Shown piece after piece: positions 48,428 to 57,700 of a stretch of DNA of 64,000 nt. The stretch is taken from positions 32,001 through 96,000 of the forward strand of contig JAYGCM010000069.1 of NCBI GenBank assembly GCA_046583355.1. Reading direction: 5' to 3'. The notes under the pieces were generated by a model. The model did not search any database. It worked only from the letters and a program-made list of their open reading frames with translations, and had not been told where the DNA came from. This stretch comes from Deltaproteobacteria bacterium. GTDB taxonomy: Bacteria; Desulfobacterota; Binatia; UBA12015. Every line of letters starts with the position of its first letter. Position 1 is the stretch's first letter. Both the position numbers and the translations under genes were made by a program.

Positions 48428-49357
48428 ATGGGATTTCCCGAGTGGTTCCAGGAATTGGCGAAGAAGGTTTCGAATAAGGGTCGGTGGGGTGACGGCGATG
48501 AGATCGGGACGCTGAATCTGATCACGTCTGCGGCAACGCTACGCGGCGTCGCTACAGTGCGGCGCGGCGAGTCCTTCTCGCTGGCGGTTCCGCTCGAACG
48601 CGACGGCCCGCAGACCGGCCGCATCCCCAATCGCATCAACCCGCTCCATACGATGACCGGCATCAACACGCCGTTTACCGGGGATCCGGACAAGACCTGT
48701 CTTTCCGACGATGTGATCGCCATGGGCACCCAGGCGGCGACGCATTGGGATGCACTCTCGCATGGCAGCTACGCGGGCAAGATGTACAACGGGCACCCCT
48801 CGGCGATGATTCGCGCCGAGACGGGTGCGATGGTCTGCGGCATCGAGAAGGTCAAGACGATCGTCACGCGCGGCATCCTGCTCGACCTGGCCCGCCATAA
48901 AGGGCTCGAGAAGTTGGAACCCGGTCTGGTGATCGAGCCAGCCTTGCTCGAGGACTGCCTCAAGGCCACCGGCCTGACGATCGAATCCGGCGATATTCTG
49001 CTGGTGCGCACGGGCCATATCGGCAACCTCGCGATTGGCGACAAGGATGCCTACCGCGTGCCGGCACCGGGTTTCGGTGTGCAATCGACGCTTTGGTTCA
49101 AAGAGAAAAATCTTGCCGCGGTCGCCAACGATACGATCGCCTTCGAGGTCTGGCCCGGCGAAGACCCGGCCACTCTTTTCCCCGTTCATATGTTGAACCT
49201 GGTTGAGGCTGGACTCACGCAGGGGCAAAATTGGCAACTTGACGGACTCGCCGAAGATTGTGCAAGCGACGGCGTCTATGAGTTTCTGCTCAGCGCCACG
49301 CCCGAGCCGATCGTCGGCGGCACCGGTGCGCCGGTAAATCCTGTCGCAACCAAATAA
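48428..49357 (+). CDS. Cyclase family (kynurenine formamidase-like) metal hydrolase
   Basis: GRWG..DEIGTLN, THWDALSH, GDILLVRTG and GAPVNPVA motifs. Confidence 0.88.
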   Translation: MGFPEWFQELAKKVSNKGRWGDGDEIGTLNLITSAATLRGVATVRRGESFSLAVPLERDGPQTGRIPNRINPLHTMTGINTPFTGDPDKTCLSDDVIAMGTQAATHWDALSHGSYAGKMYNGHPSAMIRAETGAMVCGIEKVKTIVTRGILLDLARHKGLEKLEPGLVIEPALLEDCLKATGLTIESGDILLVRTGHIGNLAIGDKDAYRVPAPGFGVQSTLWFKEKNLAAVANDTIAFEVWPGEDPATLFPVHMLNLVEAGLTQGQNWQLDGLAEDCASDGVYEFLLSATPEPIVGGTGAPVNPVATK

Positions 49358-49371
49358 AGGAGAAGCATCGC

Positions 49372-50415
49372 ATGGTACTCGACCTCGGCAAAGGCTGGCT
49401 CGGTAATTTTTTTGAGGACTTTGAGCTTGGCAAGGAGCAGGTCTGCGCACCGCCGCGTGCGATCGGTGCGCCCGAGAGCGCGCTGCATATCGCCACGACG
49501 AATGACCGTCAGGCGCGCTTCTGCGGCGGCGAGGGGCGGATGCACCCCCTGGTGGTCTTCCACACCGTCATCGGGCAGACCGTCCGCTATATCTCGCTCA
49601 ATTCGCCTGCCAACCTGGGCTACTCCAAGATGATCTGGCGCGCCCCGGTCATGGCCGGCGACGAGCTGACAACGACGATCCGCATTGTCGGCTTGAAAGA
49701 GAACTCCAACGGCAAGACCGGCAATTGTTTTGTCGAGACGGTCGGGCGCAACCAGCGAGGCGAGGTTGTTCTCGAATATACCCGTTGGGTCATGGTGCGG
49801 AAAAAAGACCATGGCACGCCGACCCAATGGCTCGAAGGCCCGGTGACACCGAGTCTGGCCGCGCAGGTCGAGGTCGATGAGTTGCCGGAGTGGTCCGGCG
49901 CCCTCGCTACCGCCGAACAGACCGGCGGCGCGTATTTCTTTGAAGATTATGAGGTCGGCGAGCGGATCTTCCACCATGACGGCATGACCGTGAACCACAC
50001 GGACCATATGCAATATACCCGTCTATGGCAGAATTCGGCGAAAGTGCATTTCGATGCGATTCTGACCAAGGGCAAGCCGTTGGTTTATGGCGGTTTCCCC
50101 TTCTCGATTGCCTACGCGCAAAGCCTCAATGGCTTGGAGAACCGCTCGGGTATGGTCGCGATGAATGCCGGGGCGCACGCGAACCCCTGCTATAGCGGCA
50201 CCACGATTTATTCGTTCACCGAGGTGCTCGAGACGCACGATCTCCCCGGCAAGCCTTATGGTGCGTTGCGCCTGCGTCTGGTCGGTGTTCAGGATATGAA
50301 TCCTGCCGACAATAAAGATTTCGTGATCGGCGAGGAGGCGAAGGGGCGGATGAAATACGATCCGCGCGTGCTCCTCTGCATGGATATCTGGGAACTTATG
50401 CCGAAACGCGGCTGA
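49372..50415 (+). CDS. Double MaoC hydratase, mesaconyl-CoA (2-methylfumaryl-CoA) hydratase-like
   Basis: GNFFEDF, ANLGY, GLKENSNGKTG, RWVMVRK, QNSAKVHFD and SLNGLEN motifs. Confidence 0.8.
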   Translation: MVLDLGKGWLGNFFEDFELGKEQVCAPPRAIGAPESALHIATTNDRQARFCGGEGRMHPLVVFHTVIGQTVRYISLNSPANLGYSKMIWRAPVMAGDELTTTIRIVGLKENSNGKTGNCFVETVGRNQRGEVVLEYTRWVMVRKKDHGTPTQWLEGPVTPSLAAQVEVDELPEWSGALATAEQTGGAYFFEDYEVGERIFHHDGMTVNHTDHMQYTRLWQNSAKVHFDAILTKGKPLVYGGFPFSIAYAQSLNGLENRSGMVAMNAGAHANPCYSGTTIYSFTEVLETHDLPGKPYGALRLRLVGVQDMNPADNKDFVIGEEAKGRMKYDPRVLLCMDIWELMPKRG

Positions 50416-50431
50416 GCGCCGATACGCAAAT

Positions 50432-50459
50432 GCCACCGGCGGCTCGGGCCGCCGGTGGC
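50432..50459. terminator. Hairpin between the convergent Mch-like gene and pilA2
   Basis: GCCACCGGCGGC-tcgg-GCCGCCGGTGGC, 12-bp stem. Confidence 0.65.
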
Positions 50460-50529
50460 GTATTGCGCCCACCTGCCTGGCGGCTTGCGCCAGACAGGTG
50501 CGGATTGCGCTGGGGGCACGGGTCGCAGG

Positions 50530-50883
50530 TTATTGGAGGCCGCCGTTGCCGGAGTTCCAGGTGTAGACGGTCGGGCTGCTGGCGTGGGTTCCGGTGGCCA
50601 CGAAGGTGCCGTCGCCATTATCGGTGATGACCACGGTCACGCCGGGCGATTGGCGGAAGCCCGTCACCGTCGTCGGGTCGGTATTGTAGGAGGCGTTGGC
50701 CGCGAACCATGCCTCCTCCGCCGACGCGAGGTTGCGCAGATCCGATGAGGCCCGCGCATCGAAGCCCTGCTGCCGGTAGGCGCTGAACTGCGGAATCGCG
50801 ATCGCCGCCAGAATGCCGATGATCGCGACGACCACCAGCAATTCGATCAATGTAAAGCCTTTTTCGTTTTTCCTCATCAACAT
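50530..50883 (-). CDS. pilA: Type IVa major pilin 2 (paralogue of pilA1)
   Basis: AAGGAG RBS; G/FTLIE; mature 108 aa, 79/108 identical to pilA1 by manual count. Confidence 0.9.
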   Translation of the reverse strand: MLMRKNEKGFTLIELLVVVAIIGILAAIAIPQFSAYRQQGFDARASSDLRNLASAEEAWFAANASYNTDPTTVTGFRQSPGVTVVITDNGDGTFVATGTHASSPTVYTWNSGNGGLQ

Positions 50884-50945
50884 CACCACATCTCCTTCGT
50901 CCATTTCGGGAAGGGCCGCGCCACGCGACCCGCAGCCAGTTGCCT

Positions 50946-50961
50946 CGCAACCCTCGTGCCG
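50946..50961 (-). promoter_or_regulatory. sigma54 promoter of pilA2
   Basis: Minus strand CGGCAC-gaggg-TTGCG (GG-N10-GC). Confidence 0.65.
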
Positions 50962-51198
50962 GACGGCGAGGGGGCAGGCGTGCTGCGGCGTTACGCGGCG
51001 GTGGCGAAAGCGTGTCGGGATTTACCCCGGCATTACTAGGGGTTTATCCTTTGACGCATCGGCCCGGGCTTCGGCAGGCGCGTCCGCGATGGCGTTCGGC
51101 GTGGGCGCTGCTGGCACTTATGCCAGCACAGGCGCGCCTGCGTCACCTCGCTGTGTTGCTCGGAATGCCGTTCGTCACAGGAATGCCTCTCCGTGCCT

Positions 51199-51693
51199 CT
51201 AGTGCCGGTCGACGCGCAGGAGGGCGGCTAGCGGTGTGATCCCGGCGATGCGCCAGCGCAGGTGGGGCCCCTTTTGCAGGATGAGATCGATATCCTGGCC
51301 GGCCGCATCAATCGTCAGGTAGGCGAGTTGGCCCTCGCGGCGCATATGCCACCAAGCTTCGAGGAACTCCTGCGGCGTGATGCGGATGCGGTTGCGCGGA
51401 TCATCAAAGACGGTGCGAACCTGGCCGCCAGCCATCAAAGCGAGCGCCAGGTCGCCCAGGTCGAGCCCTTCGCGGGTGCGAGCCTGGCCCGAGGAGAACT
51501 CCGCAAGCGCCCGGCTAGCGACCGCAGGGATATCGATCAATGCGGTGATCTCGTCGGTATTGTGCTGGTCGATGGCCCGGGTGAGCCGCCATAGGGCCCA
51601 GGTTGGTGTGGACGGAAGAAGCGCGATTGTCAGCCCGAGCCCGAGCGAAACGACCACTCCCGCCACGATGCCCACCCAGAATCCCCGCCGCAT
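51199..51693 (-). CDS. Membrane-anchored hypothetical protein (DUF2939-like)
   Basis: N-terminal TM helix; PTWAL..L..AI...ID pattern; C-terminal WRIAGI. Confidence 0.55.
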   Translation of the reverse strand: MRRGFWVGIVAGVVVSLGLGLTIALLPSTPTWALWRLTRAIDQHNTDEITALIDIPAVASRALAEFSSGQARTREGLDLGDLALALMAGGQVRTVFDDPRNRIRITPQEFLEAWWHMRREGQLAYLTIDAAGQDIDLILQKGPHLRWRIAGITPLAALLRVDRH

Positions 51694-51787
51694 GGCGAGA
51701 CTATCGAGGATTTCGCTCGGCCCGTCCACTTTTGCCGGCGCGAGAAGGGGATTGCATGAGGGGGTGCGAGTTTCGTAGTCTCCGGGG

Positions 51788-52651
51788 GTGCGTATCGATC
51801 AGATCCTCAAGAATGGCGGCCCGGTCTTCTCCTTCGAGTTCTTTCCTCCCAAAACCGACGCGGGGCGGGTGGCGCTGGTTCGGACGATCGATGAACTGAA
51901 GCCGCTGAACCCCTCCTTTGTTTCCGTCACTTATGGAGCGATGGGCTCGAACCGCGGTCAGGTCATCGAGATCGTCAGCGAGATCAAGAACCAGGTCGGT
52001 ATTGAGGCCATGGCGCATCTCACTTGCGTCGGTCATACGCGCGCCGAGCTCGCCTCGGGCCTCGACGAACTTGCGGCCGAGGGCATCGAGAATGTGCTGG
52101 CGTTGCGCGGCGACCCTCCCAAAGGCGAGGCCTTCGAGCCGGTCGCCGACGGTTTTGCTTATGCCTCGGATCTGGTCGCTTTGATCCAGGAGCGCGGCGG
52201 CATCTGCATCGGCGGCGCGGCCTACCCCGAAGTTCACCCCGACGCGCCGGATGCGGCTACCGACCTTGCCAACCTCAAGACCAAGGCCGACGCCGGGGTG
52301 AATTTCCTGGTGACCCAGCTCTTCTTCGCCAACCAGGAGTATTTCGCCTTTGTCGCGCGCGCCCGCGCGGCCGGCATCGAGGTCCCGATCCTTCCCGGCA
52401 TCATGCCGGTCACGAACCTCGGCCAAGTGAAACGCTTTACCGAGATGTGCGGCGCTTCGCTGCCGAGCGATCTACTGCGCCAGCTGGAGGCCGCCGGCGA
52501 CGATGAGAGCGCGGTGCTCGAGATCGGCGTGCAGCATGCCGTAGCGCAATGTCGCGAGTTGCTGGCCGAGGGCGCGCCCGGCATTCATTTCTACACGCTG
52601 AACAAAAGCGCCTCGACCCGCGAAATTCTCACCCGTCTGCGCGCCGATTAG
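51788..52651 (+). CDS. metF: 5,10-methylenetetrahydrofolate reductase
   Basis: SFEFFPPK, VSVTYGA, HLTC, LALRGD, TQLFF and HFYTLN motifs. Confidence 0.96.
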   Translation: MRIDQILKNGGPVFSFEFFPPKTDAGRVALVRTIDELKPLNPSFVSVTYGAMGSNRGQVIEIVSEIKNQVGIEAMAHLTCVGHTRAELASGLDELAAEGIENVLALRGDPPKGEAFEPVADGFAYASDLVALIQERGGICIGGAAYPEVHPDAPDAATDLANLKTKADAGVNFLVTQLFFANQEYFAFVARARAAGIEVPILPGIMPVTNLGQVKRFTEMCGASLPSDLLRQLEAAGDDESAVLEIGVQHAVAQCRELLAEGAPGIHFYTLNKSASTREILTRLRAD

Positions 52652-54051
52652 ACCTGGGGCCAGTGCTGCCACGGACGCGCCTGCTCGAAGGCCCATGCGG
52701 CCTGTAGAACGAGGTCGTCGCGATGGCGTGGCGCGATGATCTGCAAGCCCACCGGAAGACCGGCATCCGAGAGGCCCGCGCGCACGGTCGCGGCCGGATG
52801 CCAAGAGAGGTTGAAGGGCATGGTGAAGCTGCCGGCATTGGCCGGCGGCTGCTTGCGGCCTTCGGTCTCGCGGCTGAAGGGACCGGCGGCGGGCGGCGGG
52901 TCGTAGGGCACAGTCGGTGTGAGCAGCAGGTCGAAGCGCTCGAAGATGCTGGCACACCAGCGGTTCAGCTCCTCGCGGCGTAGCCGCATCTGGCCCCAGA
53001 GCGCCGGTGTCATCTGTGCGCCGGCCTTCACGCCGCGGATGAAGCCGCGGCCGAAATCCTCTTCCTTCTCGGGCAGAAGGTGCGAGAGTTGCGCCAATAA
53101 TTCGAAGGCCCCGGAGATTCCCCAATCGCGTCCGGGCTCGGGCGGGCCGTCGTGGACTTCCTCGACATGGTGGCCGAGTTCCTCGAAGGCGCGCACGGCC
53201 TCGGCCGTGACGCGTGCGATATCGGATTGTACGACCGCGAAGCCGAGATCGGCTGAGTAGCCAATGCGCAGCTTGGTCGGCAGGCTGCGCAAGATTTCGC
53301 GGTAGGAGAGGCCGGGGTGGGGTAGCGAGTTGGGGTCGGCCGGGTGCGTGCCGACGACGGCGTCCATATGCAGGGCGGCGTCTTCGACGGTACGCGTGAG
53401 CGGGCCGTGCACGGCCGTATCGTCCATCACCCAATATTGATCGGGGCCATGCGGAATGCGGCCGTAGCTGGTCTTCAAGCCGAAGCAGCCGGTATAGGAA
53501 GCAGGGATGCGCACGGAGCCACCGCCGTCGCTGGCTGTGGCGAGTGCCAAGACTCCGCCCGCGATCGCCGCCGCGGAGCCGCCGCTGGAGCCGCCCGGTG
53601 TCTTCTCCAGATTCCAGGGGTTGCGCGAGGTGCCGAAGAGAAGATTTTTGGTCAGCGCCGTGTGGCCGAATTCGGGCGCATTCGTCTTGCCGATGACGAT
53701 GGCGCCAGCCGCCTTGAGCCTTTGGATCTGGGTGGAATCGTGCTCGGCGAAATTGTCTTTGAAGGGCACGGAGGCATGCGTTGAGCGGAAGCCGACGGCG
53801 TCTTCGAGTTCCTTCACGCCCAAGGGGATGCCCTCGAGCAGGCGAGCCTCGCCGCGCGCGATGCGTTCGTCGGCCGTCGCTGCGGCGGCGAGCGACGCCT
53901 GGGGGTCGCCGATCTGGCAGAAGGTATTGAGGGTGCTCTGCGTCTCCTCGATGCGCTCCAGCGTCGCTTGCATGAGTTCGACGGCCGAGAGGTCGCGAGC
54001 CTTGAGTTTGGCGACGAGTTCGGTGAGCGGGCGGTAGAGTAATTCTTTCAT
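52648..54051 (-). CDS. Amidase signature family enzyme
   Basis: PGGSSGGSAAA and SDGGGSVRIPA motifs. Confidence 0.92.
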   Translation of the reverse strand: MKELLYRPLTELVAKLKARDLSAVELMQATLERIEETQSTLNTFCQIGDPQASLAAAATADERIARGEARLLEGIPLGVKELEDAVGFRSTHASVPFKDNFAEHDSTQIQRLKAAGAIVIGKTNAPEFGHTALTKNLLFGTSRNPWNLEKTPGGSSGGSAAAIAGGVLALATASDGGGSVRIPASYTGCFGLKTSYGRIPHGPDQYWVMDDTAVHGPLTRTVEDAALHMDAVVGTHPADPNSLPHPGLSYREILRSLPTKLRIGYSADLGFAVVQSDIARVTAEAVRAFEELGHHVEEVHDGPPEPGRDWGISGAFELLAQLSHLLPEKEEDFGRGFIRGVKAGAQMTPALWGQMRLRREELNRWCASIFERFDLLLTPTVPYDPPPAAGPFSRETEGRKQPPANAGSFTMPFNLSWHPAATVRAGLSDAGLPVGLQIIAPRHRDDLVLQAAWAFEQARPWQHWPQV

Positions 54052-54269
54052 CGGGCGGGATCCTCCGCCGGCGAGCCTATCATCGGGTTGGGGATCGTCT
54101 GCAAGCCCGCTTGTTCGACCCTTCAGCCCTCCAGGAGTCCGCACGGGCACCCGCCGCGGGCTTTGCTGCAGTGGAACTTGAAATAAGGGCGGGTACAGAG
54201 TTTTCTGGGGGAGTGCGCCCGCTTTTTATTTTTACGATCTCCCGGTGTCCCTCTCGGCTCCTTCGCCTG

Positions 54270-55148
54270 ATGGGTCTTCTGCTCGTCTTTTTGGCGGCGG
54301 CCTGCGGCGGCGATGTGCCGGCGGCCGATTTCTCCGGCGGCGACGCGCGCCAAGGCGCGAAGGTGGCGGCCGCGGCGGGCGGTTGTGGCTGCCATACCGA
54401 GAAGGCCGGGCCGCTCCTGGCCGGTGGCAAGGCGTTACCGACGCCGTTCGGAAATTTCTACGCGACTAATATCACGAACGATGCGAAAGAAGGGATCGGC
54501 GCCTGGAGCGCGGCGGAGATCGAGCGAGCCATCCGCGGCGGCACGCTGCCCGATGGCACGGTCGAGGCGCCCGTCATGCCCTATTATCGCTATGCCGGCA
54601 TGGCCGATGACGATGTGCGTGACCTGATCGCCTGGCTGCGCACCATCCCGCCATCGGATAGGCAAAATACGCCGCGCGAGACCTGGCTTCCGGCGGCGCG
54701 CCTGGCGATGCGACTTTGGCGGACCTTCTTCACGCATCCGGTTGAGGCACCTTTGCTGGCGCCGGTGGGAGCGTTGCGCGGTCGCTATCTGGTCGAGTCG
54801 GTCGCCATCTGCGGCGATTGCCATACGCCGCGCAACCTGGTGGGGGCGCCGCGGCGTGCGATGTTCCTGGCCGGCGCCACTGGGCTGCCGGGCGGCGCAT
54901 CGGCGCCGAATATAACACCGGATAAGGAAACCGGGCTGGGCGATTGGGATGAAGCCGATATCGTATCTTGTCTCGAGATGGGCATGCTCCCCAATATGGA
55001 CAATGTGCAGGGTCTGATGGAGGAAGTGGTCGACGGCGTCGGCGGCGGGACCGGCTACGCCGATGCCGACCTGGCGGACCTCGAGGCGATCGCGCATTTC
55101 ATCAAGGGCATCCCGGCCATCCGGCATTCGCCAGGTTCGTCCGAGTAG
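54270..55148 (+). CDS. Diheme cytochrome c lipoprotein
   Basis: Lipobox LAAAC; CGCH and CGDCH; TPFG.FY..NIT, PVMPY and APNITP motifs; start may be 54213. Confidence 0.85.
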   Translation: MGLLLVFLAAACGGDVPAADFSGGDARQGAKVAAAAGGCGCHTEKAGPLLAGGKALPTPFGNFYATNITNDAKEGIGAWSAAEIERAIRGGTLPDGTVEAPVMPYYRYAGMADDDVRDLIAWLRTIPPSDRQNTPRETWLPAARLAMRLWRTFFTHPVEAPLLAPVGALRGRYLVESVAICGDCHTPRNLVGAPRRAMFLAGATGLPGGASAPNITPDKETGLGDWDEADIVSCLEMGMLPNMDNVQGLMEEVVDGVGGGTGYADADLADLEAIAHFIKGIPAIRHSPGSSE

Positions 55149-56345
55149 ATGGCGGGACTCTCCCGCGCGCGGATTTTTGCGGCCCTTCACGATCGGGATT
55201 ATAGGCTCTTCTTCGTAGCCTTTCTGGTCAACCAGACCGGCTTCTGGATCTCGCATATCTCCCTGCAGGCATTGATTGCCGATATGAGCGACGGCGATCC
55301 CTTCATGGTCGGCTTGCTCTTTTTTTGTCTCTTCGTGCCCGCGTTCTTTCTCGCACCGATTGCGGGCGTGGCTGCGGACCGCTTCGATCGCCGCCGCATC
55401 ATGATCACCGCCTATGCCCTGATCGCCCTTTTTGTCGGTGGACTCGCCGTGCTGGTCGGCTCCGGTGTGGCGACGCCGCCGATGGTTCTTATGGTTGCCG
55501 TCCTGATGGGTATCTGTTTCGCCATGGGCGGTCCGGCGGCGGCTGCGGTCGCCGCTAACGCGGTGGACCGCGAGACGCTTCCCAGCGCGATCTCGCTGCA
55601 GGCCGCCGCAAATAATGTGACACGTGTGGCCGGGCCGATCTTCGCCGCGCCCTTTCTGGCTACCGGCCGCTTCGAGGTTTCCTTTGCCGCCTTCTCGGTC
55701 CTCTCGCTTGCTGCAATTTTATTCTTGTTAAAGATGAGGCTGCGGCCCTATACGCCCGAGGTCGATGCCGGTGGCCTGTGGGATCGGATGCGCAGTGGCG
55801 TGCAGCATGCCCGTAGCCGCAAGCCTGCTGTTACGGCCTTGCTCACCGTGGCCGTGCTCGCCGGCTTCGGCGTCTCGCATGTGGCTCTGCTGCCGAGCTA
55901 CGCGTTGCGGGTTCTGGGCGACGAGAGTTATTATGCCTGGATTATCGTGGCACAGGGGTTGGGTGCTTTTGCCGGGGCGCTCGCTTCGGGCCGCGATCCG
56001 CATCCTTCGGTGAAGCGCGCCGGCCGCTTCCTGGTGGCCTATGCCATCTCGCTCTCGATGCTGGGCTTTCTGCCTTTTTTGCCGGTCGTGCTGGCCGCGG
56101 AGTTCATCGCCGGGTTCTTCTATTTCGCGATTATGACGAGCATGCAGACGCTCTTGCAGCAGCTCGTCGACGAGGCCAGGCGCGGCCGCGTGATGAGCCT
56201 CTTCCAGATGGCGTGGGCGGGCATGTCGCCCTTTGGCGCACTTCTTCTCGGCACGCTCGGCAGCCTCTTCGGTATCCAGCAGGCGATCTTCGTGGCTTCC
56301 TCGGCCTGCCTCGGCCTGGGCCTGGTGCTGGCGCTTCGGCGCTGA
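55149..56345 (+). CDS. MFS transporter
   Basis: GVAADRFDRRR motif A; about 12 TM helices; RGRVMS. Confidence 0.9.
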   Translation: MAGLSRARIFAALHDRDYRLFFVAFLVNQTGFWISHISLQALIADMSDGDPFMVGLLFFCLFVPAFFLAPIAGVAADRFDRRRIMITAYALIALFVGGLAVLVGSGVATPPMVLMVAVLMGICFAMGGPAAAAVAANAVDRETLPSAISLQAAANNVTRVAGPIFAAPFLATGRFEVSFAAFSVLSLAAILFLLKMRLRPYTPEVDAGGLWDRMRSGVQHARSRKPAVTALLTVAVLAGFGVSHVALLPSYALRVLGDESYYAWIIVAQGLGAFAGALASGRDPHPSVKRAGRFLVAYAISLSMLGFLPFLPVVLAAEFIAGFFYFAIMTSMQTLLQQLVDEARRGRVMSLFQMAWAGMSPFGALLLGTLGSLFGIQQAIFVASSACLGLGLVLALRR

Positions 56346-56386
56346 AGTTCAGCTGCGCCGCGCCGGCTCCTTTGGGCGCAGCCTGG

Positions 56387-57601
56387 TCAAGGCAAGCATT
56401 TTGTCGGCAGGGGGTGGCGGTAGAGGGCGGCCGCATTCTCGTGCGCGATCATGCGGATCTCGCGCTCGGGCAGGTCGCCGAGGATTGTCTTCATCACGGC
56501 CTGTGTGTCGGGCCAGGTGCCGTCGCCGTGCGGGTAGTCGGATTCGAAGAGAATATTTTCCACGCCGATCGTGTCGCGGGTGCAAATGGTGGAAGGATCG
56601 TCAATCATGCAGAACCAGAAATTGCGGCGCAGGGTATCCGACGGGCCGAGATCGCCCGGCCAGCCTGCGCCGTAGCCGGAGCGGCTCATGATATTATCGA
56701 TGCGGTCGATCAGCCCGGCCACCCAGCCGATGCCACCTTCGGACATGGCGATTTTCAGGTCCGGATAGCGCGCCGGCCAAGCGCTCCATAGCCATTGGGC
56801 GCACGAGGTGACGGCCATGGGGTTGAAGAGAGTCGCGCCGAGTTCCAGCATCGGTGCGCCGGCCGGCATTTTGGCGAAACCCGACGACCCGACATGCAGG
56901 TTCAGCACGGTACCGGTCTCGGCGCAGGCGCGAATGATCGGCTCCCAGAAGGAGTCGAAAACCGGCGGGTAGCCGTGCTGGTGGGGTTGTTCGGGCAGGG
57001 TGACTGCCGTAAACCCACGTTTGGCATTGCGGCGAATCTCGGCGGCGCCTTTTTCCGGGTCGGCGAGGTAGGTGATGCCCAAGGGCACGATGCGGTCGGG
57101 GTACGAGCCGTACCATTCCTCGAAGAGCCAATCGTTCCAGGCACGCACGCAGGCAAGACCGAATTCGGGGTCTTCGGTCTCGGAAAAAAGGGTGCCGCCG
57201 AAGCCGGTGACTCCGGAGGGGAAATTCACCGATGCCCAGATGCCGCCGATGTCCATATCCTGGATACGCGCATGGATATCCCAGCAGCCGCGCCGGATCT
57301 CATCGAAGCGCGAGGGCTCGACGCGGTGGTCTTCTTTGGGGCGCCCGGCGACCGCCATGAAGCCGACTTGGAAATAGGGCTTGCCCTCGATCATCCAGAC
57401 CTCGTGGCCTTCTTCGGTCTCGATGACGCGCGGCGCCAATTCGGCGTACTTCGCCGGTAATCGACCCTCGAAGGTATGGCGCGGCTCCATCAGGTGGTCG
57501 TCGACCGAGAGCAGCGTATAATGGACCTCGCGTTTTTTCGGGTCGGGCGGCAGCGGGCGGCTTACGGGACGTTTGATGCCGAGTTTTACGGGCTTCACCA
57601 T
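56387..57601 (-). CDS. Amidohydrolase-2 family protein
   Basis: SVDDH..EP, NLHVGS, EGGIGW and ESDYPH.D.TWP motifs. Confidence 0.9.
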   Translation of the reverse strand: MVKPVKLGIKRPVSRPLPPDPKKREVHYTLLSVDDHLMEPRHTFEGRLPAKYAELAPRVIETEEGHEVWMIEGKPYFQVGFMAVAGRPKEDHRVEPSRFDEIRRGCWDIHARIQDMDIGGIWASVNFPSGVTGFGGTLFSETEDPEFGLACVRAWNDWLFEEWYGSYPDRIVPLGITYLADPEKGAAEIRRNAKRGFTAVTLPEQPHQHGYPPVFDSFWEPIIRACAETGTVLNLHVGSSGFAKMPAGAPMLELGATLFNPMAVTSCAQWLWSAWPARYPDLKIAMSEGGIGWVAGLIDRIDNIMSRSGYGAGWPGDLGPSDTLRRNFWFCMIDDPSTICTRDTIGVENILFESDYPHGDGTWPDTQAVMKTILGDLPEREIRMIAHENAAALYRHPLPTKCLP

Positions 57602-57700
57602 GCCGACAGCTTTTGCTTGCTTCGAAGCACGGTGCAAGTTGCGTGGCGATTGCCGCCGCTGTGGTTGAAGCGCGCGGTCGTAATCAGCAGAAGGTGAGGG

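Noticed and set aside
32478..50883. Shufflon or site-specific pilin inversion system
   Set aside because: No invertase or recombinase in the window, both pilins are complete with promoters, and nucleotide identity is patchy
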